Positions 36,101-51,100 of a stretch of DNA of 64,000 nt are shown in pieces. Each line of letters begins with the position of its first letter. Positions within the stretch are counted from its first letter, which is position 1. The stretch comes from Eledone cirrhosa (lineage: Eukaryota): NCBI GenBank assembly GCA_964016885.1, contig OZ024740.1:1364001-1428000 (forward strand), read 5' to 3'. The notes beneath the pieces were generated by a model. That model did no database searches and had not been told where the DNA came from. It saw only the letters and a list, made by a program, of their open reading frames with translations. The position numbers were made by a program, and so were the translations under genes.

Positions 36101-39100
36101 CTACTTCTGTCCCCTGTGTCATGTGACATACAACAGGTGTACCCCTAGTTCTGTCCCCTATATCATGTGACATACAACAGGTGTAACCCTAATCCTGTCC
36201 CCTGTGTCATGTGACATACAACAGGTGTACCCCTAGTCCTGTCCCCTATATCATGTGACATACAACAGGTGTACCCCTAGTTCTGTCCCCTGTCTCATGT
36301 GACATACAACAGGTGTACCCCTAGTTCTGTCCCCTATATCATGTGACATACAACAGGTGTAACCCTAATCCTGTCCCCTGTGTCATGTGACATACAACAG
36401 GTGTACCCCTAGTTCTGTCCCCTGTGTCATGTGACATACAACAGGTGTAACCTAATCCTGTCCCCTGTGTCATGTGACATACAACAGGTGTACCCCTAGT
36501 CCTGTCCCCTATATCATGTGACATACAACAGGTGTACCCCTAGTTCTGTCCCCTGTCTCATGTGACATACAACAGGTGTACCCCTAGTTCTGTCCCCTGT
36601 GTCATGTGACATACAACAGGTGTAACCCTAATCCTGTCCCCTGTGTCATGTGACATACAACAGGTGTACCCCTAGTTCTGTCCCCTGTGTCATGTGACAT
36701 ACAACAGGTGTAACCCTAATCCTGTCCCCTGTGTCATGTGACATACAACAGGTGTACCCCTAGATCTGTCCTCTGTGTCATGTGACATACAACAGGTGTA
36801 CCCTAGTTCTGTCCTCTGTGTCATGTGACATACAACAGGTGTACCCCTAGTTCTGTCCCCTATATCATGTGACATACAACAGGTGTAACCCTAGTCCTGT
36901 CCCCTGTGTCATGTGACATACAACAGGTGTACCCCTAGTTCTGTCCCCTATATTATGTGACATACAACAGGTGTACCCCTAGTCCTGTCCCCTATATCAT
37001 GACCTACAACAGGTGTACCCCTAGTTCTGTCCCCTATATCATGACCTGCAACAGGTGAACCCCTAGTTCTGTCCCCTGTATCATGTGACATACAACAGGT
37101 GTACCCCTAGTTCTGTCCCCTATATCATGTGACATACAACAGGTGTACCCCTAGTCCTGTCCCCTGTATCATGTGACATACAACAGGTGTACCCCTAGTC
37201 CTGTCCCCTGTATCATGTGACATACAACAGGTGTACCCCTAGTCCTGTCCCCTGTATCATGTGACATACAACAGGTGTACCCCTAGTCTTGTCCTCTGTG
37301 TCATGTGACATACAACAGGTGTACCCCTAGTTCTGTCCCCTATATCATGTGACATACAACAGGTGTACCCCTAGTCCTGTCCCCTATATCATGTGACATA
37401 CAACAGGTGTACCCCTAGTCCTGTCCCCTGTATCATGTGACATACAACAGGTGTACCCCTAGTCCTGTCCCCTGTATCATGTGACATACAAAAGGTGTAC
37501 CCCTAGTCCTGTCCCCTGTATCATGTGACATACAACAGGTGTACCCCTAGTCCTGTCCCCTGTATCATGTGACATACAACAGGTGTACCCCTAGTCCTGT
37601 CCCTTGTATCATGTGACATACAACAGGTGTACCCCTAGTCCTGTCCCCTGTATCATGTGACATAAAACAGGTGTACCCCTAGTCCTGTCCTCTGTGTCAT
37701 GTGACATACAACAGGTGTACCCCTAGTTCTGTCCCCTATATCATGTGACATACAACAGGTGTACCCCTAGTCCTGTCCCCTGTATCATATGACATACAAC
37801 AGGTGTACCCCTAGTCCTGTCCTCTGTGTCATGTGACATACAACATGTGTACCCCTAGTTCTGTCCCCTACATCACGTGGCATACAACAGGTGTACCCCT
37901 AGTTCTGTCCCCTGTATCATGTGACATACAACAGGTGTACCCCTAGTTCTGTCCTCTATAACATGTGACATACAACAGGTGTACCCCTAGTTCTGTCCCC
38001 TGTATCATGTGACATACAACAGGTGTACCCCTAGTTCTGTCCCCTATATCATGTGACATACAACAGGTGTACCCCTAGTTCTGTCCCCTATATCATGTGA
38101 CATACAACAGGTGTACCCCTAGTTCTGTCCCCTGTATCATGTGACATACAACAGGTGTACCCCTAGTTCTGTCCCCTATATCATGTGACATACAACAGGT
38201 GTACCCCAAGTCCTGTCCCCTGTGTCATGTGGCATACAACAGGTGTACCCCTAGTTCTGTCCCCTATATCATGTGACATACAACAGGTGTACCCCTAGTC
38301 CTGTCCCTTGTATCATGTGACATACAACAGGTGTACCCCTAGTCCTGTCCTCTGTGTCATGTGACATACAACATGTGTACCCCTAGTTCTGTCCCCTACA
38401 TCACGTGGCATACAACAGGTGTACCCCTAGTCCTGTCCCCTGTATCATGTGACATACAACAGGTGTACCCCTAGTCCTGTCCCCTGTATCATGTGACATA
38501 CAACAGGTGTACCCCTAGTCCTGTCCCCTGTATCATGTGACATAAAACAGGTGTACCCCTAGTCTTGTCCTCTGTGTCATGTGACATACAACAGGTGTAC
38601 CCCTAGTTCTGTCCCCTATATCATGTGACATACAACAGGTGTACCCCTAGTCCTGTCCCCTATATCATGTGACATACAACAGGTGTACCCCTAGTCCTGT
38701 CCCCTGTATCATGTGACATACAACAGGTGTACCCCTAGTCCTGTCCCCTGTATCATGTGACATACAAAAGGTGTACCCCTAGTCCTGTCCCCTGTATCAT
38801 GTGACATACAACAGGTGTACCCCTAGTCCTGTCCCCTGTATCATGTGACATACAACAGGTGTACCCCTAGTCCTGTCCCTTGTATCATGTGACATACAAC
38901 AGGTGTACCCCTAGTCCTGTCCCCTGTATCATGTGACATAAAACAGGTGTACCCCTAGTCCTGTCCTCTGTGTCATGTGACATACAACAGGTGTACCCCT
39001 AGTTCTGTCCCCTATATCATGTGACATACAACAGGTGTACCCCTAGTCCTGTCCCCTGTATCATATGACATACAACAGGTGTACCCCTAGTCCTGTCCTC

Positions 39101-42100
39101 TGTGTCATGTGACATACAACATGTGTACCCCTAGTTCTGTCCCCTACATCACGTGGCATACAACAGGTGTACCCCTAGTTCTGTCCCCTGTATCATGTGA
39201 CATACAACAGGTGTACCCCTAGTCCTGTCCCCTGTGTCATGTGACATGCAACAGGTGTACCCCTAGTTCTGTCCTCTATAACATGTGACATACAACAGGT
39301 GTACCCCTAGTTCTGTCCCCTGTATCATGTGACATACAACAGGTGTACCCCTAGTTCTGTCCCCTATATCATGTGACATACAACAGGTGTACCCCTAGTT
39401 CTGTCCCCTATATCATGTGACATACAACAGGTGTACCCCTAGTTCTGTCCCCTGTATCATGTGACATACAACAGGTGTACCCCTAGTTCTGTCCCCTATA
39501 TCATGTGACATACAACAGGTGTACCCCAAGTCCTGTCCCCTGTGTCATGTGGCATACAACAGGTGTACCCCTAGTTCTGTCCCCTATATCATGTGACATA
39601 CAACAGGTGTACCCCTAGTTCTGTCCCCTATATCATGTGACATACAACAGGTGTACCCCTAGTTCTGTCCCCTGTATCATGTGACATACAACAGGTGTAC
39701 CCCTAGTCCTGTCCCCTGTGTCATGTGACATGCAACAGGTGTACCCCTAGTTCTGTCCTCTATATCATGTGACATACAACAGGTGTACCCCTAGTTCTGT
39801 CCCCTGTATCATGTGACATACAACAGGTGTACCCCTAGTTCTGTCCCCTATATCATGTGACATACAACAGGTGTACCCCTAGTTCTGTCCCCTATATCAT
39901 GTGACATACAACAGGTGTACCCCTAGTTCTGTCCCCTGTATCATGTGACATACAACAGGTGTACCCCTAGTTCTGTCCCCTATATCATGTGACATACAAC
40001 AGGTGTACCCCTAGTCCTGTCCCCTGTGTCATGTGACATACAACAGGTGTACCCCAAGTCCTGTCCCCTGTGTCATGTGGCATACAACAGGTGTACCCCT
40101 AGTTCTGTACTCTATATCATGTGACATACAACAGGTGTACCCCTAGTTCTGTCCCCTGTATCATGTGACATACAACAGGTGAACCCCTAGTTCTGTCCCC
40201 TATATCATGTGACATACAACAGGTGTACCCCTAGTTCTGTCCCCTATATCATGTGACATACAACAGGTGTACCCCTAGTTCTGTCCCCTGTATCATGTGA
40301 CATACAACAGGTGTACCCCTAGTTCTGTCCCCTATATCATGTGACATACAACAGGTGTACCCCTAGTCCTGTCCCCTGTATCATGTGACATACAACAGGT
40401 GTACCCCTAGTCCTGTCCCCTGTATCATGTGACATACAACAGGTGTACCCCTAGTCCTGTCCTCTGTGTCATGTGACATACAACAGGTGTACCCCTAGTT
40501 CTGTCCCCTATATCATGTGACATACAACAGGTGTACCCCTAGTCCTGTCCCCTATATCATGTGACATACAACAGGTGTACCCCTAGTCCTGTCCCCTGTA
40601 TCATGTGACATACAACAGGTGTACCCCTAGTCCTGTCCCCTGTATCATGTGACATACAACAGGTGTACCCCTAGTCCTGTCCCCTGTATCATGTGACATA
40701 CAACAGGTGTACCCCTAGTCCTGTCCCCTGTATCATGTGACATACAACAGGTGTACCCCTAGTCCTGTCCCCTGTATCATGTGACATACAACAGGTGTAC
40801 CCCTAGTCCTGTCTCCTGTATCATGTGACATACAACAGGTGTACCCCTAGTCCTGTCCCCTGTATCATGTGACATACAACAGGTGTACCCCTAGTCCTGT
40901 CCTCTGTGTCATGTGACATACAACAGGTGTACCCCTAGTTCTGTCCCCTATATCATTGGACATACAACAGGTGTACCCCTAGTCCTGTCCCCTGTATCAT
41001 ATGACATACAACAAGTGTACCCCTAGTCCTGTCCTCTGTGTCATGTGACATACAACATGTGTACCCCTAGTTCTGTCCCCTATATCACGTGACATACAAC
41101 AGGTGTACCCCTAGTTCTGTCCCCTGTACCATGTGACATACAACAGGTGTACCCCTAGTCCTGTCCCCTGTGTCATGTGACATGCAACAGGTGTACCCCT
41201 AGTTCTGTCCTCTATATCATGTGACATACAACAGGTGTACCCCTAGTTCTGTCCCCTGTATCATGTGACATACAACAGGTGTACCCCTAGTTCTGTCCCC
41301 TATATCATGTGACATACAACAGGTGTACCCCTAGTTCTGTCCCCTATATCATGTGACATACAACAGGTGTACCCCTAGTTCTGTCCCCTGTATCATGTGA
41401 CATACAACAGGTGTACCCCTAGTTCTGTCCCTTGTATCATGTGACATACAACAGGTGTACCCCTAGTCCTGTCCCCTGTGTCATGTGACATGCAACAGGT
41501 GTACCCCTAGTTCTGTCCTCTATATCATGTGACATACAACAGGTGTACCCCTAGTTCTGTCCCCTGTATCATGTGACATACAACAGGTGTACCCCTAGTT
41601 CTGTCCCCTATATCATGTGACATACAACAGGTGTACCCCTAGTTCTGTCCCCTATATCATGTGACATACAACAGGTGTACCCCTAGTTCTGTCCCCTGTA
41701 TCATGTGACATACAACAGGTGTACCCCTAGTTCTGTCCCCTATATCATGTGACATACAACAGGTGTACCCCTAGTCCTGTCCCCTGTGTCATGTGACATA
41801 CAACAGGTGTACCCCAAGTCCTGTCCCCTGTGTCATGTGGCATACAACAGGTGTACCCCTAGTTCTGTGCTCTATATCATGTGACATACAACAGGTGTAC
41901 CCCTAGTTCTGTCCCCTGTATCATGTGACATACAACAGGTGTACCCCTAGTTCTGTCCCCTATATCATGTGACATACAACAGGTGTACCCCTAGTTCTGT
42001 CCCCTATATCATGTGACATACAACAGGTGTACCCCTAGTTCTGTCCCCTGTATCATGTGACATACAACAGGTGTACCCCTAGTTCTGTCCCCTATATCAT

Positions 42101-45100
42101 GTGACATACAACAGGTGTACCCCTAGTCCTGTCCCCTGTGTCATGTGACATACAACAGGTGTACCCCAAGTCCTGTCCCCTGTGTCATGTGGCATACAAC
42201 AGGTGTACCCCTAGTTCTGTCCCCTATATCATGTGACATACAACAGGTGTACCCCTAGTTCTGTCCCCTATATCATGTGACATACAACAGGTGTACCCCT
42301 AGTTCTGTCCCCTGTATCATGTGACATACAACAGGTGTACCCCTAGTTCTGTCCCCTGTGTCATGTGACATACAACAGGTGTAACCCTAATCCTGTCCCC
42401 TGTGTCATGTGACATACAACAGGTGTACCCCTAGTCCTGTCCCCTGTGTCATGTGACATACAACAGGTGTACCCCTAGTCCTGTCCCCTGTGTCATGTGA
42501 CATGCAACAGGTGTACCCCTAGTTCTGTCCTCTATATCATGTGACATACAACAGGTGTACCCCTAGTTCTGTCCCCTGTATCATGTGACATACAACAGGT
42601 GTACCCCTAGTTCTGTCCCCTATATCATGTGACATACAACAGGTGTACCCCTAGTTCTGTCCCCTATATCATGTGACATACAACAGGTGTACCCCAGGTT
42701 CTGTCCCCTGTATCATGTGACATACAACAGGTGTACCCCTAGTTCTGTCCCCTATATCATGTGACATACAACAGGTGTACCCCTAGTCCTGTCCCCTGTG
42801 TCATGTGGCATACAACAGGTGTACCCCTAGTTCTGTCCTCTATATCATGTGACATACAACAGGTGTACCCCTAGTTCTGTCCCCTGTATCATGTGACATA
42901 CAATAGGTGTACCCCTAGTCCTGTCCCCTGTATCATGTGACATACAACAGGTGTACCCCTAGTTCTGTCCTCTATATCATGTGACATACAACAGGTGTAC
43001 CCCTAGTCCTGTCCCCTGTATCATGTGACATACAACAGGTGTACCCCTAGTCCTGTCCCCTGTATCATGTGACATACAACAGGTGTACCCCTAGTCCTGT
43101 CCCCTGTATCATGTGACATACAACAGGTGTACCCCTAGTCCTGTCCCCTGTATCATGTGACATACAACAGGTGTACCCCTAGTCTTGTCCTCTGTGTCAT
43201 GTGACATACAACAGGTGTACCCCTAGTTCTGTCCCCTATATCATGTGACATACAACAGGTGTACCCCTAGTCCTGTCCCCTATATCATGTGACATACAAC
43301 AGGTGTACCCCTAGTCCTGTCCCCTGTATCATGTGACATACAACAGGTGTACCCCTAGTCCTGTCCCCTGTATCATGTGACATACAAAAGGTGTACCCCT
43401 AGTCCTGTCCCCTGTATCATGTGACATACAACAGGTGTACCCCTAGTCCTGTCACCTGTATCATGTGACATACAACAGGTGTACCCCTAGTCCTGTCCCC
43501 TGTATCATGTGACATACAACAGGTGTACCCCTAGTCCTGTCCCCTGTATCATGTGACATACAACAGGTGTACCCCTAGTCCTGTCCTCTGTGTCATGTGA
43601 CATACAACAGGTGTACCCCTAGTTCTGTCCCCTATATCATGTGACATACAACAGGTGTACCCCTAGTCCTGTCCCCTGTATCATATGACATACAACAGGT
43701 GTACCCCTAGTCCTGTCCTCTGTGTCATGTGACATACAACATGTGTACCCCTAGTTCTGTCCCCTACATCACGTGGCATACAACAGGTGTACCCCTAGTT
43801 CTGTCCCCTGTATCATGTGACATACAACAGGTGTACCCCTAGTCCTGTCCCCTGTGTCATGTGACATGCAACAGGTGTACCCCTAGTTCTGTCCTCTATA
43901 TCATGTGACATACAACAGGTGTACCCCTAGTTCTGTCCCCTGTATCATGTGACATACAACAGGTGTACCCCTAGTTCTGTCCCCTATATCATGTGACATA
44001 CAACAGGTGTACCCCTAGTTCTGTCCCCTATATCATGTGACATACAACAGGTGTACCCCTAGTTCTGTCCCCTGTATCATGTGACATACAACAGGTGTAC
44101 CCCTAGTTCTGTCCCCTATATCATGTGACATACAACAGGTGTACCCCAAGTCCTGTCCCCTGCGTCATGTGGCATACAACAGGTGTACCCCTAGTTCTGT
44201 CCTCTATATCATGTGACATACAACAGGTGTACCCCTAGTTCTGTCCCCTATATCATGTGACATACAACAGGTGTACCCCTAGTTCTGTCCCCTGTATCAT
44301 GTGACATACAACAGGTGTACCCCTAGTCCTGTCCCCTGTGTCATGTGACATGCAACAGGTGTACCCCTAGTTCTGTCCTCTATATCATGTGACATACAAC
44401 AGGTGTACCCCTAGTTCTGTCCCCTGTATCATGTGACATACAACAGGTGTACCCCTAGTTCTGTCCCCTATATCATGTGACATACAACAGGTGTACCCCT
44501 AGTTCTGTCCCCTATATCATGTGACATACAACAGGTGTACCCCTAGTTCTGTCCCCTGTATCATGTGACATACAACAGGTGTACCCCTAGTTCTGCCCCC
44601 TATATCATGTGACATACAACAGGTGTACCCCTAGTCCTGTCCCCTGTGTCATGTGACATACAACAGGTGTACCCCAAGTCCTGTCCCCTGTGTCATGTGG
44701 CATACAACAGGTGTACCCCTAGTTCTGTACTCTATATCATGTGACATACAACAGGTGTACCCCTAGTTCTGTCCCCTGTATCATGTGACATACAACAGGT
44801 GAACCCCTAGTTCTGTCCCCTATATCATGTGACATACAACAGGTGTACCCCTAGTTCTGTCCCCTATATCATGTGACATACAACAGGTGTACCCCTAGTT
44901 CTGTCCCCTGTATCATGTGACATACAACAGGTGTACCCCTAGTTCTGTCCCCTATATCATGTGACATACAACAGGTGTACCCCTAGTCCTGTCCCCTGTA
45001 TCATGTGACATACAACAGGTGTACCCCTAGTCCTGTCCCCTGTATCATGTGACATACAACAGGTGTACCCCTAGTCCTGTCCTCTGTGTCATGTGACATA

Positions 45101-48100
45101 CAACAGGTGTACCCCTAGTTCTGTCCCCTATATCATGTGACATACAACAGGTGTACCCTATATCATGTGACATACAACAGGTGTACCCCTAGTCCTGTCC
45201 CCTGTATCATGTGACATACAACAGGTGTACCCCTAGTCCTGTCCCCTGTATCATGTGACATACAACAGGTGTACCCCTAGTCCTGTCCCCTGTATCATGT
45301 GACATACAACAGGTGTACCCCTAGTCCTGTCCCCTGTATCATGTGACATACAACAGGTGTACCCCTAGTCCTGTCCCCTGTATCATGTGACATACAACAG
45401 GTGTACCCCTAGTCCTGTCTCCTGTATCATGTGACATACAACAGGTGTACCCCTAGTCCTGTCCCCTGTATCATGTGACATACAACAGGTGTACCCCTAG
45501 TCCTGTCCTCTGTGTCATGTGACATACAACAGGTGTACCCCTAGTTCTGTCCCCTGTATCATGTGACATACAACAGGTGTACCCCTAGTTCTGTCCCCTA
45601 TATCATGTGACATACAACAGGTGTACCCCTAGTTCTGTCCCCTATATCATGTGACATACAACAGGTGTACCCCTAGTTCTGTCCCCTGTATCATGTGACA
45701 TACAACAGGTGTACCCCTAGTTCTGTCCCTTGTATCATGTGACATACAACAGGTGTACCCCTAGTCCTGTCCCCTGTGTCATGTGACATGCAACAGGTGT
45801 ACCCCTAGTTCTGTCCTCTATATCATGTGACATACAACAGGTGTACCCCTAGTTCTGTCCCCTGTATCATGTGACATACAACAGGTGTACCCCTAGTTCT
45901 GTCCCCTATATCATGTGACATACAACAGGTGTACCCCTAGTTCTGTCCCCTATATCATGTGACATACAACAGGTGTACCCCTAGTCCTGTCCCCTGTGTC
46001 ATGTGACATACAACAGGTGTACCCCAAGTCCTGTCCCCTGTGTCATGTGGCATACAACAGGTGTACCCCTAGTCCTGTCCCCTGTGTCATGTGACATACA
46101 ACAGGTGTACCCCAAGTCCTGTCCCCTGTGTCATGTGGCACACAACAGGTGTACCCCTAGTTCTGTCCTCTATATCATGTGACATACAACAGGTGTACCC
46201 CTAGTTCTGTCCCCTGTATCATGTGACATACAACAGGTGTACCCCTAGTTCTGTCCCCTATATCATGTGACATACAACAGGTGTACCCCTAGTTCTGTCC
46301 CCTATATCATGTGACATACAACAGGTGTACCCCTAGTTCTGTCCCCTGTATCATGTGACATACAACAGGTGTAAGCCTAGTTCTGTCCCCTATATCATGT
46401 GACATACAACAGGTGTACCCCTAGTCCTGTCCCCTGTGTCATGTGACATACAACAGGTGTACCCCAAGTCCCGTCCCCTGTGTCATGTGGCATACAACAG
46501 GTGTACCCCTAGTTCTGTCCCCTATATCATGTGACATACAACAGGTGTACCCCTAGTTCTGTCCCCTATATCATGTGACATACAACAGGTGTACCCCTAG
46601 TTCTGTCCCCTGTATCATGTGACATACAACAGGTGTACCCCTAGTTCTGTCCCCTGTGTCATGTGACATACAACAGGTGTACCCCTAGTCCTGTCCCCTG
46701 TGTCATGTGACATACAACAGGTGTACCCCTAGTCCTGTCCCCTGTGTCATGTGACATGCAACAGGTGTACCCCTAGTTCTGTCCTCTATATCATGTGACA
46801 TACAACAGGTGTACCCCTAGTTCTGTCCCCTGTATCATGTGACATACAACAGGTGTACCCCTAGTTCTGTCCCCTATATCATGTGACATACAACAGGTGT
46901 ACCCCTAGTTCTGTCCCCTATATCATGTGACATACAACAGGTGTACCCCAGGTTCTGTCCCCTGTATCATGTGACATACAACAGGTGTACCCCTAGTTCT
47001 GTCCCCTATATCATGTGACATACAACAGGTGTACCCCTAGTCCTGTCCCCTGTGTCATGTGGCATACAACAGGTGTACCCCTAGTTCTGTCCTCTATATC
47101 ATGTGACATACAACAGGTGTACCCCTAGTTCTGTCCCCTGTATCATGTGATATACAATAGGTGTACCCCTAGTCCTGTCCCCTGTATCATGTGACATACA
47201 ACAGGTGTACCCCTAGTTCTGTCCTCTATATCATGTGACATACAACAGGTGTACCCCTAGTTCTGTCCCCTGTGTCATGTGACATACAACAGGTGTACCC
47301 CAAGTCCTGTCCCCTGTGTCATGTGGCATACAACAGGTGTACCCCTAGTTCTGTCCCCTATATCATGTGACATACAACAGGTGTACCCCTAGTTCTGTCC
47401 CCTGTATCATGTGACATACAACAGGTGTACCCCTAGTCCTGTCCTCTGTGTCATGTGACATACAACAGGTGTACCCCTAGTTCTGTCCCCTATATCACGT
47501 GACATACAACAGGTGTACCCCTAGTTCTGTCCCCTATATCACGTGACATACAACAGGTGTACCCCTAGTTCTGTCCCCTATATCATGTGACATACAACAG
47601 GTGTACCCCTAGTTCTGTCCCCTATATCACGTGACATACAACAGGTGTACCCCTAGTTCTGTCCCCTATATCATGTGACATACAACAGGTGTACCCCTAG
47701 TTCTGTCCCCTGTATCATGTGACATACAACAGGTGTACCCCTAGTTCTGTCCTCTATATCATGTGACATACAACAGGTGTACCCCTAGTCCTGTCCCCTG
47801 TGTCATGTGGCATACAACAGGTGTACCCCTAGTTCTGTCCCCTATATCATGTGACATACAACAGATGTACCCCTAGTCCTGTCCCCTATATCATGTGACA
47901 TACAACAGGTGTACCCCTATATCATGTGACATACAACATGTGTACCCCTAGTCCTGTCCCCTATATCATGTGACATACAACAGGTGTACCTCTAGTTCTG
48001 TCTCCTATATCATGTGACATACAACAGGTGTACCCCTAGTCCTGTCCCCTGTGTCATGTGACATACAACAGGTGTACCCCAACTCCTGTCCCCTGTGTCA

Positions 48101-51100
48101 TGTGGCATACAACAGGTGTACCCCTAGTTCTGTCCTCTATATCATGTGACATACAACAGGTGTACCCCTAGTTCTGTCCCCTGTATCATGTGACATACAA
48201 CAGGTGTACCCCTAGTTCTGTCCCCTATATCATGTGACATACAACAGGTGTACCCCTAGTTCTGTCCCCTATATCATGTGACATACAACAGGTGTACCCC
48301 TAGTTCTGTCCCCTGTATCATGTGACATACAACAGGTGTACCCCTAGTTCTGTCCCCTATATCATGTGACATACAACAGGTGTACCCCTAGTCCTGTCCC
48401 CTGTGTCATGTGACATACAACAGGTGTAACCTAATCCTGTCCCCTGTGTCATGTGACATACAACAGGTGTACCCCTAGTCCTGTCCCCTATATCATGTGA
48501 CATACAACAGGTGTACCCCTAGTTCTGTCCCCTGTCTCATGTGACATACAACAGGTGTACCCCTAGTTCTGTCCCCTGTGTCATGTGACATACAACAGGT
48601 GTAACCCTAATCCTGTCCCCTGTGTCATGTGACATACAACAGGTGTACCCCTAGTTCTGTCCCCTGTGTCATGTGACATACAACAGGTGTAACCCTAATC
48701 CTGTCCCCTGTGTCATGTGACATACAACAGGTGTACCCCTAGATCTGTCCTCTGTGTCATGTGACATACAACAGGTGTACCCTAGTCCTGTCCTCTGTGT
48801 CATGTGACATACAACAGGTATACCCCTAGTTCTGTCCCCTATATCATGTGACATACAACAGGTGTAACCCTAGTCCTGTCCCCTGTGTCATGTGACATAC
48901 AACAGGTGTACCCCTAGTTCTGTCCCCTATATTATGTGACATACAACAGGTGTACCCCTAGTCCTGTCCCCTATATCATGACCTACAACAGGTGTACCCC
49001 TAGTTCTGTCCCCTATATCATGACCTGCAACAGGTGTACCCCTAGTTCTGTCCCCTGTATCATGTGACATACAACAGGTGTACCCCTAGTTCTGTCCCCT
49101 ATATCATGTGACATACAACAGGTGTACCCCTAGTCCTGTCCCCTGTATCATGTGACATACAACAGGTGTACCCCTAGTCCTGTCCCCTGTATCATGTGAC
49201 ATACAACAGGTGTACCCCTAGTCCTGTCCCCTGTATCATGTGACATACAACAGGTGTACCCCTAGTCTTGTCCTCTGTGTCATGTGACATACAACAGGTG
49301 TACCCCTAGTTCTGTCCCCAATATCATGTGACATACAACAGGTGTACCCCTAGTCCTGTCCCCTATATCATGTGACATACAACAGGTGTACCCCTAGTCC
49401 TGTCCCCTGTATCATGTGACAGACAACAGGTGTACCCCTAGTCCTGTCCCCTGTATTATGTGACATACAACAGGTGTACCCCTAGTCCTGTCCCCTGTAT
49501 CATGTGACATACAACAGGTGTACCCCTAGTCCTGTCCCCTGTATCATGTGACATACAACAGGTGTACCCCTAGTCCTGTCCCCTGTATCATGTGACATAC
49601 AACAGGTGTACCCCTAGTCCTGTCCTCTGTGTCTTGTGACATACAACAGGTGTACCCCTAGTTCTGTCCCCTATATCATGTGACATACAACAGGTGTACC
49701 CCTAGTCCTGTCCCCTGTATCATATGACATACAACAGGTGTACCCCTAGTCCTGTCCTCTGTGTCATGTGACATACAACATGTGTACCCCTAGTTCTGTC
49801 CCCTACATCACGTGACATACAACAGGTGTACCCCTAGTTCTGTCCCCTGTATCATGTGACATACAACAGGTGTACCCCTAGTCCTGTCCCCTGTGTCTTG
49901 TGACATGCAACAGGTGTACCCCTAGTTCTGTCCTCTATATCATGTGACATACAACAGGTGTACCCCTAGTTCTGTCCCCTGTATCATGTGACATACAACA
50001 GGTGTACCCCTAGTTCTGTCCCCTATATCATGTGACATACAACAGGTGTACCCCTAGTTCTGTCCCCTATAACATGTGACATACAACAGGTGTACCCCTA
50101 GTTCTGTCCCCTGTATCATGTGACATACAACAGGTGTACCCCTAGTTCTGTCCCCTATATCATGTGACATACAACAGGTGTACTCCAAGTCCTGTCCCCT
50201 GTGTCATGTGGCATACAACAGGTGTACCCCTAGTTCTGTCCCCTATATCATGTGACATACAACAGGTGTACCCCTAGTCCTGTCCCCTGTATCATGTGAC
50301 ATACAACAGGTGTACCCCTAGTTCTGTCCCCTATATCATGTGACATACAACAGGTGTACCCCTAGTCCTGTCCCCTGTATCATGTGACATACAACAGGTG
50401 TACCCCTAGTCCTGTCCCCTGTATCATGTGACATACAACAGGTGTACCCCTAGTCCTGTCCTCTGTGTCATGTGACATACAACAGGTGTACCCCTAGTTC
50501 TGTCCCCTATATCATGTGACATACAACAGGTGTACCCTATATCATGTGACATACAACAGGTGTACCCCTAGTCCTGTCCCCTGTATCATGTGACATACAA
50601 CAGGTGTACCCCTAGTCCTGTCCCCTGTATCATGTGACATACAACAGGTGTACCCCTAGTCCTGTCCCCTGTATCATGTGACATACAACAGGTGTACCCC
50701 TAGTCCTGTCCCCTGTATCATGTGACATACAACAGGTGTACCCCTAGTCCTGTCCCCTGTATCATGTGACATACAACAGGTGTACCCCTAGTCCTGTCTC
50801 CTGTATCATGTGACATACAACAGGTGTACCCCTAGTCCTGTCCCCTGTATCATGTGACATACAACAGGTGTACCCCTAGTCCTGTCCTCTGTGTCATGTG
50901 ACATACAACAGGTGTACCCCTAGTTCTGTCCCCTGTATCATGTGACATACAACAGGTGTACCCCTAGTTCTGTCCCCTATATCATGTGACATACAACAGG
51001 TGTACCCCTAGTTCTGTCCCCTATATCATGTGACATACAACAGGTGTACCCCTGGTTCTGTCCCCTGTATCATGTGACATACAACAGGTGTACCCCTAGT